From NCBI RefSeq assembly GCF_002105155.1, contig NW_019029012.1, positions 124,001 to 188,000 on the forward strand: a stretch of 64,000 nt of DNA. The letters are read 5' to 3'. The stretch is from Lobosporangium transversale. Taxonomy: Eukaryota. Below the pieces are notes generated by a model. The model did no database searches. It was given only the letters and a program-made list of their open reading frames with translations, and was not told the DNA's origin. The position numbers and the translations under genes were made by a program. Positions within the stretch are counted from its first letter, which is position 1. Each line of letters begins with the position of its first letter. This document shows, one piece after another, positions 10,536 to 24,400 of this stretch.

Positions 10536-13500
10536 TTATGATCGTTGTTGTCTAGTACTCTGAAGTAACAGCTTCTTAAGCTCCTGCATATGTATTTCCT
10601 GCTTCGCCTGCTGCTCCTGCAGTTGCTCCTGTAACTGCCTCTGCAATTGTTCCACCCGTGCATCCACATTCGTGATATGTTTCCCCAGTTCCTTATTGGC
10701 ATCAGCATCCAACTTTTCTTGATAGGCCTTCATCTGTTGCGCCGTCGCTGCGAAATAGATTTCTCGGGGGAAACAATCGTACGTCTCACGGTAGCCAGGG
10801 ATATGATAGGACATATTCTCGGCTGCCTCGATGTATCGCAGACGTGATTCAATCCATGCCAATCTCCATCCATCATCACCCTTTGTGAATGCCACATTAA
10901 TGAGTGCTAAAAATAAGGATCATTAATAAAGATATTTTAATTAAAAATAAAAAAGAAATAAATTAATTTGCACTTGAATTTATACAATATTAACAACAAT
11001 GACGGGATGGCAAAGAAGAATATTGATAGCATCAATAATACGTACCAATAAGCACATTCAGCATTAAAATAACTGTGAAGAAAAAGAATATCATCATCAT
11101 AATATGGAAAGCCCAATCTTGAGAAGTAAACTTTGAGCCAACAGGATCATATCGACCACCCTACATTATGGAAAAAAGAAATTAGATAACCAAATAGATA
11201 GCATGACCATCTGCGAGATAGACGATCCCAATATATATACCCCAAAGCGAAAAACAGAAAAAAAAATAAAATAAAATAAAAAAAAAAAGAAGGCTTACCA
11301 GCATAAAGTATGTTGCGGATAGTGCACCAAAGAAATGGAGGGGGAAGTATTCTTCATCTTCCACTTGCTCACATCCGCTTGTCGGGCAGGCATGAAGGAG
11401 ATGTAACATCGCAACTGTGAACGCAACGAGTCCTGCTGCAAAGATCACGAAGAAGACTTGGATCTCCTCAGTAGCCTGCTGGATGATCGTTACATATTTG
11501 CATACCATCTGGTTGATCCTGAGTTCAAAGAGCTATTTAAAAACCAATCCAAGCAAAGAAAAATAGAATAAAATTAAGGAAAGAAAAACTGTGAGGACTC
11601 CGTATTCATGCATCAACAGTATGAAGAATTAAATCATCTTCGTTCAGCTGCTTAAAAAAAAAAAAAAAAAAAAAAACACACAAGCTTGTTACCATGTGCA
11701 AGAAGACAGCCAGGACGGAGAAACTGACAAGCCTGGTATTTCCATGCTGATCATCATTGAAAATGACAACCAATTGATGGATAGCAGCAGCCATAGGTAT
11801 CAAAAATGCCAACATATCAATCGAATTATATATTGATCTAGATGTGAAGGATATCCAGGAGATAATGTTAGGGTTCAAATAGCTCTCAATAAAAAAAAAA
11901 ATTGAGAAGCAAATCAAATGGCTAGTTGACAGGAAATCCATGTTCATCTTACTTTCTGTATTTTTCCCAACCCTGATACGCTTGTAAAGCTTCAAGCCAT
12001 ATGAAGATGACGGACATGGCTATAATTACAATGAACAATCCGACGAGGGGAGCACGGTCCTCGCTAGTATAGTACACTTGCAGGAAAGCAACCACGAGCA
12101 CTAGAATGTAATAAATGCATTGAAATGCGAATCTGCCAAGCCAATAAGAGAATCCAATCGTATTCCTGTTTATATTGTTGCAGTAGCGATAAAATATTTA
12201 GTTAATAAGCATTATGAGCAATAGCAGCACCATAAAAAAAAAAGAAAAAAAAAAAAAAAAAAAAAAAAAGAAAATCAAAGAAAGAATCATCGTCGATGAC
12301 CTTACCATTTGTATGCGACCAAAGCAGCAATGGCTGGGTTGTCAAAAAAATCCAGATTAAAGTTGTAACATTTGACGTATAATTGTTTTCTGGGTTGCAA
12401 CTTTAGAAGAAACATGTAACCCATTGATCTCCACCACGTCGTCTTTGATACTATCGGAGTTGGTTTGATCCGCTCTTCAAGACACGATGGTTTCTTATTC
12501 CAGCCATCAAGATCACTGTCCTTATCCTCGGTATCCTTTGTATCATCTTGGTAGAACCACAAAGCGTCAAAAGAAGCCATAAACACTGAATTTGTGAACC
12601 TGTCGTTTGAATTATCCCGCTGTTTAGCCACTACATGTAGTTGCATAATCGGATCACCCATTTCGGATAATGACAATGAGGGTGGTTCCCAGAATTTGAG
12701 TCGAAACATTGGTGGATAGGCGATCTTGTGGTTATCGATGATATAAGATCGCTCCTTGGCTGGGATATAGGCTATTCGCTCAATACAATCAAATGCTTGC
12801 TCTGGGAACATGGTCATGACTTGCTTCAGCGATCCAAAAATAGGAGTCAAGAATGAGAGATTACGGGAACTATTGGCATGACTGACACAGTAATCCATAA
12901 TCACTTTAGCAACACCAATGACTGCAGGCTGTGTCTCTGCAATCTGGAAAAGCTTTTTAAGCGGGTCATAGAACCTTTGAGCAGAGGTGCTCTCAAAGTC
13001 TGGAATCCAAGTGATCTTTGTTGGAGGCAACAAATCCTTCATAATCTGCTCCAAAAAAACCCGATTCTCATATGTCCAGAATTCACATAATATGAAAATG
13101 CAAGAGACTGGGTTCTGAGAAGATGGCCGGACAAGGGTCTTTAGATATTGGATAACGGCTCTCTGACATGTTCCATCACCATCAGCATACAGATCTATGG
13201 CACCACGGATCCCTTGGGAAATTCGGTACTCCTGCGTGATGTTGAGGTCGTCCATGGAAGAGTGTGGGTAGGTAACTATCTTCTTTGTGGAATGCATAGG
13301 GTCTATTGGTAGTTCCTTGAATCTCCTATACCATACCGCCGGGTCAAGTACCAAAGCAAATTGCATTCCATCTTTGCTAGCCATGGCACTACTAATCTTG
13401 CGAATACAAAGATCGGTCATTCTATGTTTCCGGCTATCCTCTACCTGCAATGCCCACACAAGCTCTAGTTTTGCGACCTCCAACGAGTCCGAATCATTTT

Positions 13501-16500
13501 CTGCAAGTAATTGCCACACTTGCATATATCGACCTGTCACCAACACAAGTCGCGAGGATGTTGGCAAAAACATGCTGGAGTAAACTGAATGTGAGGACCC
13601 TAACGGTATTGTCAGGCTCGTCCCTTTTTTCATGACGGCTGAATCTGAAAATGAGGGGGAAAAGGATACAGGGGAACGAGGCTGCTGTTCCGCAGTCGGA
13701 TCGACACGAGTAATGTTGGCAACTGTTAACCAGTTGCTATTGACCACAGCCACGCTGGTGGCCATGATAAATGTAGCACCTGACGCTGACGTAAATGTTT
13801 GATTGAAGTTGTGAGCGAATTGCTCGAACTTTGCTCTTTTCAAGCCCTTCATCTTGAATTCGACAGCATCGGACGAAGAAATGACACCAATATCTAACTT
13901 GATGAAGTTCATGACAGACCCCTATTGGTGTGAAAGAAAGATGCAATTCTAATTCTAAGCCATACAGTCATAGAAATATACTCCTGTCAATTGACCTTTC
14001 CACTGATGAAAGCTGAATTGCTCATCCTCACCTGTCGATAGACAAAGACTTGATCTTCCAGTGGGCTCGGAAAGTTGAGGCTGTAATCCTTGTGAATTGA
14101 GAAGGTACGAATGGCCTTCATATCTCGTATTCTTATGATCTTACGCTCAATAATCTGACTTTCTGCATCCTTTGGAGGGTTTTGGTCAAACATCATAAAG
14201 TTCTCTCGATCCATCACCACCTCAAACTGCTTATCCTCTCCTAGACCTTCGGTATAGTCGCCAAGTCTCATACCCGAAGCTGTTTCATAGATGCTGATGC
14301 ATCCCTTAACAGAGATTGCTGCTAGAGACCTATCTCCAGACAAACTGGCATATGATCCAGTGATCCCACCATCGACAGAGATGTACGAGACCTGTTTCAA
14401 CGTCACGAGGTTCCAGAAGGATACCACGCCCCTGCTACCGGTCCATGCAAAGTGATTGCCGCGTAAGCTCGTAATAACTCCAAATGCTGCTTCCAGGTTC
14501 TGCTCCACAGTCATGGGCAAGGTGCTGGCTAATGACCACTGCCCATCAATATTGTATATTGAGATTGAGTATCCATCGGAAGTGATGTAGCATTCTTTCA
14601 TATTTTCATGGTTGTTGGTGAGAGAGTATGAATGGAACTTTCCATGGCCACAAAAGCCTCGAAGCTCTTTACAGGGCTCTATCGGGTCCAGTTTTCGAGG
14701 GAAAATATCCTTCCCCGATAGATCTAGAGGGGGGTAGCTGAAGATAAGACATGGTATTGTGTTTGTTGAATCTCCAGCCACGCTTGCTGTTCCAACTGGT
14801 GCAGAGGTATTTGTCGTGGCTTCGATAGAGTGAATGGTGATATACTTTCCCAAGTGTGATACCGATAAAGAGATATCAATCAAATCAGGATTGGCCATAG
14901 GCGGATGTATGACCCCTCGTCCAATTGGAGTGGTATGTCTCCTCGGTTTGCTATCTTGCCTATCTTGGGACTCTTCAGGCTTCTCAGATTCAAGAAGCGA
15001 CCAAAGTTCAATGGTGCCTTGACCATCTTCAGTGAAGCACAGTGTTACAGCATATGATCCATCGGAATTTAGTTCATAAGAATGTATCGCCCTGGTCCTG
15101 GTCCGATAGTTGTTGTCAACATGTTTCACACTGATGATATGATGAGGCTTGAGTTCACCGTACAAGACAAGATCTGCAGAGTACCATCAAAAGGTATGAT
15201 GTTAACTAGACTGCAAGCGCTTTCTTAACTGAATGATGTTTGAGAGCGAAAATGGTTGTTCCAAAGAAAGCTCCCATACCTGGTGATTCTGTGTGGCCTA
15301 CATCTAATTCAACGTAGTGCAGTATGAGTCCTGAAAGATCATTTTTCTTCATGTTGATCGAGAGTAGGATGTATCCGCCAGTATTTATCTCAATCTGCCG
15401 ATGCAACCTTAGTCTCGTAAAAGTCTCTTTTTCTAAAATCAAATGTTGTCAAAGCCAAAGAGAGCTAAAGTCAATACTATAAAGATGGAAGTGGGTTAAG
15501 TGATCCTGCTCATTTACAGGCATCAACACTAATCAATGCTACATACGAATTGGACCGATCTCATCGATCCTTGCAATAGTGGTGCAGTTCTTTGCCTAGT
15601 TACAGCAAAAGAAGAAAAACATATGTGGCAGGATCGGTTAGAAACATGAACAAAAACATATCACGAGTAGAAGAGTAGCAGAAACAGAGAGGAAGATTGG
15701 CAAGCACTTACAGTGTATAGAGCGCGTCGATTGTAATCTAGTTGCTTCGCTTCGATTTTCAGTGTGTCAGACTCGTGAGCAAACTCAGAGCTGAGGGTCA
15801 CGCCAAGCGTTATAGAGTACCAGCCACGCTCTACTGCTCGCGCCTCAAGTAAACACTAGTGGCGAATAAAGAAGAAATGAATATCAAAATCAACTCATTT
15901 GTTGTCTGTCCATGATGGTTACCTGTAACCGTACCTGCCAGTCTTGATTGGGCGGAATGGTGGTGGGTGGTTGAGGAATAGTCCCAATCTTTCCTATGAT
16001 TTCCAAGTCGGATGATTGCTCAAAGTACCATCGTATGTCTAGCATCCCAGCTGCTATCCAGACATAGTTAGTTAGCTACGAACAAGATGAGTCATTGGAC
16101 ACTGATCATATTAATATTAAATTACCTTGTGGTTCTACAGGGGTGATGTTATCGATGTTAGTCGCTGTTTCAGCACCGGCCGGTAACCACAAAGGATTCA
16201 CTGGAGCCGCAAATATTCTCTTTTCAATAGGTGGAGTTAGGGTTGTTACTGTAGTTGTGGTTGAAGGCTGCTCCAGCGCCGGTATCAGATGGGCGAGATT
16301 GTATGGGCCTTCATCTAATTGTTGCTGGTCATTTTCAGCTGTATTCCTGGTAATGCCCTCCGGACTTGTGTTCAAGGAGCTTAGCTCTCGAGTTCCTGGA
16401 GTAATAAGACGATCTGCGGTTGGTGTTTTAGAGCTATTTTCTTGATTCTGAATACTGTGTCCAGCAGCAATTGTGTGGGTGCGGTGATCATCTCGGTTGG

Positions 16501-17245
16501 GATTCACATCTATCCTAAGGTTTGAAGCACTGGGCTCTTCAAAAAGGGTATGATCGCTATTGGGAGGGAGAGGGAGATCGGTCAGTGCGACTGACGATGA
16601 TGGTCCAGGCGATGAAGTGGAGGCCTGTACGGCCGGGCTAGTGTTTTCAAAAATTTTGGGCTGATTGGGCCTAGCTGCTCCTGTTGGGATAGTCGGCAAA
16701 AGTGCGACCGGCTCATTGTTGTCTTCAGAGGGTATTTCCAAACGTACATCAGACAGTCTTGTGTTACTTTCTCCAATTGGGCTTCGATCAACAGTGGTGG
16801 AACGTGCGGAAATATAAACAGTTGCAGAAGGATCACCCATTGATAGAATCGTATCCATTGGAACAGAACGAGAGGGTATAGTTTCTAGAGCTGCATTATT
16901 AGATGGGGTATGTAATGAAGAGGGTATGTCTGCGCTTGATGATATTGGTGATGATGGGGTATCCTGCTGTTCGCTAAATGAAGGGGTGTTATTTAGTGTG
17001 GTTGTGAGGTTGTTGTTGTTGTTGTAGCTGGCTACATCTGGAGAGACAAAAGTGGGTTGAGGATCAATGGTACCCAGTAGGCGTGTGTGATCTGCAAAGG
17101 GGTGTTGAGGAGTCGTTGAGTAAGCAGCATTGCTTGTGGTAGAAGTATTATGGATAGGGGGAGGACCATCCTCAGAAATAGATTCATCGCTTGGTGATCG
17201 ACGTCGTCCTAGTTTTGTCAGCCGATCCTTGAAACTACTGGCCAT
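10536..17245 (-). CDS. TRP-like cation channel with N-terminal WD40-like beta-propellers, paralog B (12 exons)
   Basis: ATG at 17245 (MASSFKDRL...), ~370-aa S/T/P-rich exon ending at 16126, same exon order as A and C. FFDNPAIAALVAYKW, pore ALSATYFML|GGRYDPVG, S6 TVILMLNVLI|ALINVAF, Q-rich coiled-coil tail, stop at 10536. Confidence 0.88.
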
Positions 17246-17794
17246 GATAGAATTAAAGAGGAGAAAAGTGTAAAAAAAAAGAGAAAGAGAGGTGTGAAAA
17301 AAAAAAAAAAAAAAAAAAAAAGATAATAGGGTTGGAGTATGGGAAGGAAAAGAAAAAAGTGAGATGGGGAAAGGGAGTGTTCTAACCGACAATCAGAGCC
17401 AAAAAAAAAAAAAAAAAAAAAAAAAAAAGGTTTGTAACACAGAATTGATACATTTGCCCTATTCGACAAAATAAAAAACGCTAGAGACCCGTGCATGGAC
17501 ACTAACAGACTAACAGACAGCTCTAGATCCCGAGGAGAAAAAAGGAGTGCAGATTGGCTATTGCCAGGACTGTCTTTTGTCTCTTGTCAGGAAAAAGTAC
17601 CTGTGCGTCCAATTCACACACTTCAGTCTTTAAACCCATTGCTGCTGTTGCTTTCTCCAACAACCTCTCACAAGTCTTTCCCAAAGATCAGCTTCTATTG
17701 GGGAGTTAGTGGAGTGTAAAGGGTGGATATCATATCATTTATATAGTGGCCATCACATGAACACGAATCAAAAGAGTCTCTGGCAATTTTATTT

Positions 17795-18123
17795 TTATGT
17801 ATTAGCCGGTCTACTATTCGATTTTGATTCCATCTGCTCCAGCAGTTTCTTAATCATCTGTAACTCCTGAGACTCCTTTGACTCCTTCTTGTCATCATTG
17901 CTGATATCTTTAACATCTTGCTTCTTTTTATACTTCTCCACCTTTTCCTCAGTTGCTGCAAAATATATTTCTTTCGGAAAGCAATTATAGGTCTCGCGGT
18001 ATCCAGGGATATTGTATGACATGTTTTCAGCTGCCTCAATGAAGCGTAGACGAGATTCAACCCATGCTAACTGCCAACCATCGTCGCCCTTTGAGAATGC
18101 CACATTAATAAGTGCTATTGTGT

Positions 18124-18168
<45 letters not shown>

Positions 18169-18193
18169 ATAAATTAATAAAATTAGTTAACGT

Positions 18194-18225
<32 letters not shown>

Positions 18226-18382
18226 GAAAGTACATCAAAGAGATGTGTTAAAGAACACATACCGATAAGCACATTCATCATCAAGATGACCGTGAAGAAA
18301 AAGAATATCATCATCATAATATGAAAGGCCCAGTCCTCAGTAGAAAACTCTGTATCAACAGAGTCATATCGACCACCCTAAA

Positions 18383-18418
<36 letters not shown>

Positions 18419-21400
18419 GTAGTCAAGTGAATAAACTGGCGGTATGTTCAGAGGAAACAAAAAATACATCTGTATATAAGTAGCTTACCATCATAAAGTA
18501 TGTTGCTGAAAGCGCTCCGAGAAAGTGAATAGGAAAGTATTCTTCATCATTATTTCGCTCACATGTACCCATAGGACAGGCGTGAAGAAGATGTAACATC
18601 GCAATCGTAAACGCAACCACTCCTACGGCAAAGATCACAAAGAAGACTTGGATCTCCTCAGTAGCCTGCTGAATAATCGTCACATATTTGCATACCATCT
18701 GGTTGATTCTAAGCTCAAACAACTGTTTGAAAAAAAAAAAAATGCGTTTGAGGATTTTCGTAATGGATCGTCATCGCTCAATTGCTTTTTTTTTTTTTTT
18801 TAAAAAAACACAAGCATATTACCATGTGCAAGAAGACAGCCAGGACGGAGAAACTGACAAGCCTGGTATTTCCATGTTGGTCGTCATTGAAAATGACAAC
18901 TAATTGATGGATAGCAGCAGCCATAGGTATTAAAAACGCAAACATATCAATCGAATTATATATTGACCTAGACATCAAGGATATTGGACGAAAAACAATG
19001 TTAAGACCCAAATAGCTCTCAATAATAGACACTCTGCACAGCAAATTTAATGTTTGTCCTTACTTTCTGTATCTCTTCCAATCCATGAGTGCTTGCAAGA
19101 ATTCAAGCCATATAAAGACGACAGACATGACGATGATCGCAATGAATAATCCGATAAGTGGAGTACGCCACTGGCCAGTATAATACACCTGTATGAAAGC
19201 AACTATAAGGACTAGAGTATAATACACACATTGGAACGCGAATCTACCAAGCCAATAATTGAACCCAATCGTGTTCCTATTTGCATTGGCATGAGAGAGA
19301 CAAAAGGATTTAATCAATAAATATCAGCAACATCAGCAACAACAGCAACAATAACAACGACCTAAAACTTAAACAGAGCTCACGATAGGCTTACCATTTG
19401 TATGCGACTAGAGCAGCAATGGCTGGATTATCAAAAAACTCCCACTTAAAATTGTGGCACTTGACATGTTGCTTATTTCTGAACTGAAATTTAAGAAGAA
19501 TCATGTGGTACAATGACTTCCACCACGTTGTCAAAGCCTGCTCTTCATGACATGATGATCCCTTGTTATTCGGGTCGGCGTGGTCAACTCCCTTTTCCTT
19601 ATTCGAATTAGCATGCGTAGCTTCCTTATCCTTATTTGAATCAGTAAGAACAGCTCCCTTATTCTTATTTGAATTAGCATGGTCAGCTTCCTTATTCTCG
19701 GTGTCAGTTTTATAAGACCAGAGTGCATCAAATGAAGCCATGTACACTTGCTGCGTAAATGGGTTATTCGAATTATCGCGCTCTTTAGCCAAGACATCAA
19801 GCTGCATAATCGGATCTTCTATTTTGGACAATGGTAATGATGGTGGATTCCAAAATTTGAGTCGAAACATTGGTGGGTAGGCGATTTCGTGATTATCGAT
19901 AATATAATGCCGCTTCTTGGCTCGGATATAAGCTATTTGCTCAAGGTAATCAAATGCTTTATCCGGGAACATGGCCATGATTTGCTCCAATGATCCGAAT
20001 ATCGGTGACAAAAAGGATAGGTTGCGAGAATTGTTGGCATGGCGGACACAGTAATCCATGATCACACTGGCAACGCCCATGACCGCAGGCTGCGCCTCTT
20101 TAGTCTTGAAAAGCTCTTCAAGAGGGTCATGTCGTTTCTGGATGGTACAGGCTCTGAATCCCGGGATCCAAGTGATCTCGTTTAGAGGTAACAATGCCTC
20201 CATGATCTTTTTTAAAGGTTTTCGCTCCTCATATGTCCAAAGGCCACACAGCGTAAAAATACAAGAGACTGGGTACACAGGATTATATGAGGTTGGTCGA
20301 ATGAGAGTCTTCAGGTACTGAATCATGGTCTCTTGGCACGCCGTACTGCCGCTAATATACATTTCTATGATATTACGGATGCCTTGCGAGATTCGGCTCT
20401 CTTCTGAGATATCGAAGTTCCCCTCACTAGGATAAGGGTAGATGAGCTTCTTAACCTTGGCACGCATAGAGTCCTGCTGCTGCTTTGATGATCTCTTGAA
20501 TCCTTTCTGCCATGTCGTACTCTCAAATTCCAAAGCAAACTGCGTTCCATCTTTGCTAGCCATGGCATTTGTGATTTTGCACATACAAAGATCGTTATTT
20601 TGATGCTTAGGGCCCTTAGTATCTTTAACCTCATCCTCTGTCTGCAACCCCCATACAAGCTCCAAATTTGCAACTTCCGATGGCTCCGACTCTCTCTTTG
20701 CGACCAGTCGCCACATTTGCATATATCGACCTGTTATTAACACAAGCCTTGAGGAAGCTGGCAAATACATATACGAATAAGTCAATTCAGAAGGCCCTAG
20801 GGGTATATCCAGGCCCTTTCCTTTTACTGTGTTGCTTGCATTAGAAGTTGTAGGTTGATGTGTTCCAGGGAGATGCTCCAAGTATACAGTCGGATCAACA
20901 CGAGTGATGTTGAGGACAGTCAACTCGTTATCACGAATCACTTCTGGCTTAGCAACCAAAACGAATTTGTTGCCAGAATCGGATGTAAACTCCAGCTTAT
21001 CATTATGGATAAATTCCCAAGAATTCTCAACCTCTAATGATTCAGGCTTGATAGTATCAGGTGAGGAAATGTCATCAATGCTCATTTTGACGATATTAAC
21101 GATAGGTCCCTATTGGCGTGAGAAAAAGATGTAAAGGAAGAAGAAAGATTGTTGTTAATTATGTAGCGGTATATGCGCTCCCCGATCCTTTTCCGCAAAT
21201 AGGAGCTGGCCTGTTCATCCCTACCTCTTGATTGACAAAGAACTGATCCCTCAATGGACTCGGGAAGCTGAGGCTATAATCCTTATGAATTGGGAAAGTT
21301 CGAATGACCTTCATATCGTGTATCCTTACGATCTTGCGCTCAACAGCTCGCTGTCCTGCATCATCAGGGGAGTTTCGGCTAAAAACCATAAAGTTCTCAC

Positions 21401-24400
21401 GATCCATGACTACCTCAAACCTCTTGTCCTGTTTTTGACCTTCAGAATAGTCCCCTAGCTTCACACCTGAGAATGTTTCATAGATACTGATGCGTCCCTT
21501 AACAGAGATTGCCGCCAGTGACCCGTCATCAGACAAACTGACAGATGATCCATTGACGCCGCCAGTGACTTTAATATATGAGATCTGCTTCATCCTTGCG
21601 ATGTCCCAGAAAGTCACCACGCCTCTATTGCCAGTCCATGCAAAGCAGTTGCCGCGTAAGCTCGTGATTAATGTCGATGCGGCCTCCAAGTTTTGCTCCT
21701 TTGTTATGTCTAAAGTCTTGATTAGCCGCCAGTATTCGCCAGTACTGTAGACGGAGACTGAGCATCCATCGCAAGTGATGTAGCGCTCATTCGTATTCCC
21801 TCTGCTGTCTTTGTAGTCACTAAGAGAGCACAAATGGAACTTTCCGTATCCGCAAAAGCCTTGAAGGTTCTTGCAAGGGTTTTCTAGCTTCAATTTCTCA
21901 GGAGTATTAGAAGGGTGATAGCTGAAGCTATGATATGGTATTGTGTCTTTTAGGTCTTCAGCCTTATCTACTGCTCTAGTTGGCGCAGTGACGCCTGCTG
22001 CCGACTTAACAGAGTGTACAACAATGGATTCTCCTGAATGTGATACTGATATAGAAATGTCAATCAATTCCGGGTTACTGATTTTGTATGAATCAATCTT
22101 CTCTTGTGCGACTAGGCTGGTCTGCCTCTTTGCTGTATTGCCTTGTCGTTCTTCGGACGAATTGGAGCCAAGAGACCAGAGCTCAATGATACCTTCACCA
22201 TCTTTAGTGAAGTACAGTGTGGCAGCGTGCGATCCACAGGAGTTCAATGCATACGAGTGTATTGTCTTGGTCCTGTCCCAAGCATTCTTGCCGCCATGAC
22301 TCACATCGATAATATAATCAGGGTTGAGCTCACCATACAAGACAAGTTCTGCAGTGTCATCAAAAGGTGTGTTGTCAAATGCACTGTAAGCGTCTTCTCA
22401 GCAGATTACATGTATAACATGGAAATGGTTACCTAAAGGGTTGCTCCCTTACCTGGTGGCTCTGTGTGTCCTACATCAAATTCAATGTATTCCAGCTCCA
22501 AGCCCGGACGTTCTAATATATCATTATTTATCATATCGATCCAGAACGCGATGTGTCCACTAGTGGTTACTTCAATCCGCCGGTGCAGCCTTAGCCTTGT
22601 AAAAGTTCCTTTTTCTAAAATTACATGTTGGCAAGGCCAAAGAGGACTAAAGTTAATACTATAGAGGACAAAGCGGACTAAATGATCAATTACAGGGATG
22701 AACACTAATCAATATCACATACGGATTTGGCGGATCTCATCGGACCTTACGATGGTAGTATAACGCTTTGACTAGTTCACATCATAAGAAAGGTATATAC
22801 ATCAGTGTTGACCAGAAATATGGACATATACAAACCACAACCCGAGGAGAAGCGGAAAGAAATAAAAAGAGAGGGTTTATAAATACTTACATCAAATGGA
22901 CTACGCCCGTAGGAATCAAGTTGCTTTGCTTCGATTTTCAGTGTATCCGATTCGTGAGTAAAACCAGAGCTGAGGGTCACGCCAAGTATTATGGAGTACC
23001 AACCACATTCAATCTTCTCTGTCTCAAGCAAGCACTTATGACAGATAAGCAAGGAAAAAATGAGCTTCAAATTTATCATATTTGTACATGCTGTTATTGT
23101 AATATCATTAATGGCCTTACCTCCCAACTTTTATTGAATGGAATAACGACGGGTGGCTGGCTGGTAGTCCCAATCTTGCCGATGGCCTCTATTTCTGATG
23201 ACTGTTCGGGGTACCATCTTATGCCTTACATTTACATGTAGAAGCATTATATCAAAGCATTAGTCATAAGCAAATATATGTAACATGTCTTTGGAGATAT
23301 ACATAAGATTTTATACAACATAGATTACCATGAGAGTCAACAGTTGAAGTTTCATCAACGTTATCCATTATTTCAGAGCCAGTGCTAGATGGATCGGCCA
23401 CCTGCTTTTGCTTATTATTTACGCCACTTTTAGCGGAATTAGGGGATGCTGCTCTAATCATAAATGGAGGCGAACTCGATGTCGGTTTGAGCTGACTGAG
23501 GTTATATGGGCTTCTATCTAACTGTTGCTGGGCGTTTTCGAGCGCATTCCTGGTATTGCCATTCGGATTTATGCTCAATGGTCTTAAGTATCGAGTCCCT
23601 AGATGAATAAAGTCGTCTACGGATGGTATTTTCGAGCTGCTTCCATAGTTCTGGGTAGTGTGCACAGCCACATTTGCGTGGTTGTTGGTATCTTCTCTGT
23701 TGGGAGTTGCACCTATTCTGGGATCCGGCGCATTGATTCCTCCAAAAAGAATACAATCACCTTCACTGCGGAAAGATGAAGATTTGATTCTTCCAGGCAC
23801 CTGAGGACGATCTTTAGGTGAATGTGTTAGTTGGGGTAGTGGTGTCCTTGGTTCATCATTAATGGAGCGTTCTGCAATCTCGGAAGCGGACAAAGGCGAT
23901 GAGAATAGTGATAGTCCTGAAGATTGTTTTGGAGGCTTTGCTTTCGTTGGTGATGATGGTAATAGTGGAGAAGGCTCGCCATACGAGTCTGCAACAGGTT
24001 GGCTAGGAACGACACCAACGTTTCTTGGGGTAACAACCACATGTTCATCCTCGTTATTGCCTTCAGAGGGCATCTCTAAAAGTATATCTTTAGTGGAAAT
24101 TCTTGTGTCACCAACCCTAGTTGGGCTTGGGCTGGCAGCGGTGGGACGTGCAGAATTATGAACAGCCATTGAAGGGTTGCTGTCGCTCATGAGTAAAATT
24201 GTCTCCATTGTATTAGATCGGGATGGTATATATCGTAGAGCTGCATTATTAGATGAGAGATGTGATGAAGATGATTTGCCTGTACTCGATGATGCTGGTA
24301 TTAATGGAGTATATTGAGGAGATAGGAAGTTACTTAATTTAGTGGTGAGACTGCCGTCGCTGCTGCTGGTAGCAATTGTAGAGGTAATAGTGGGTCTTCG

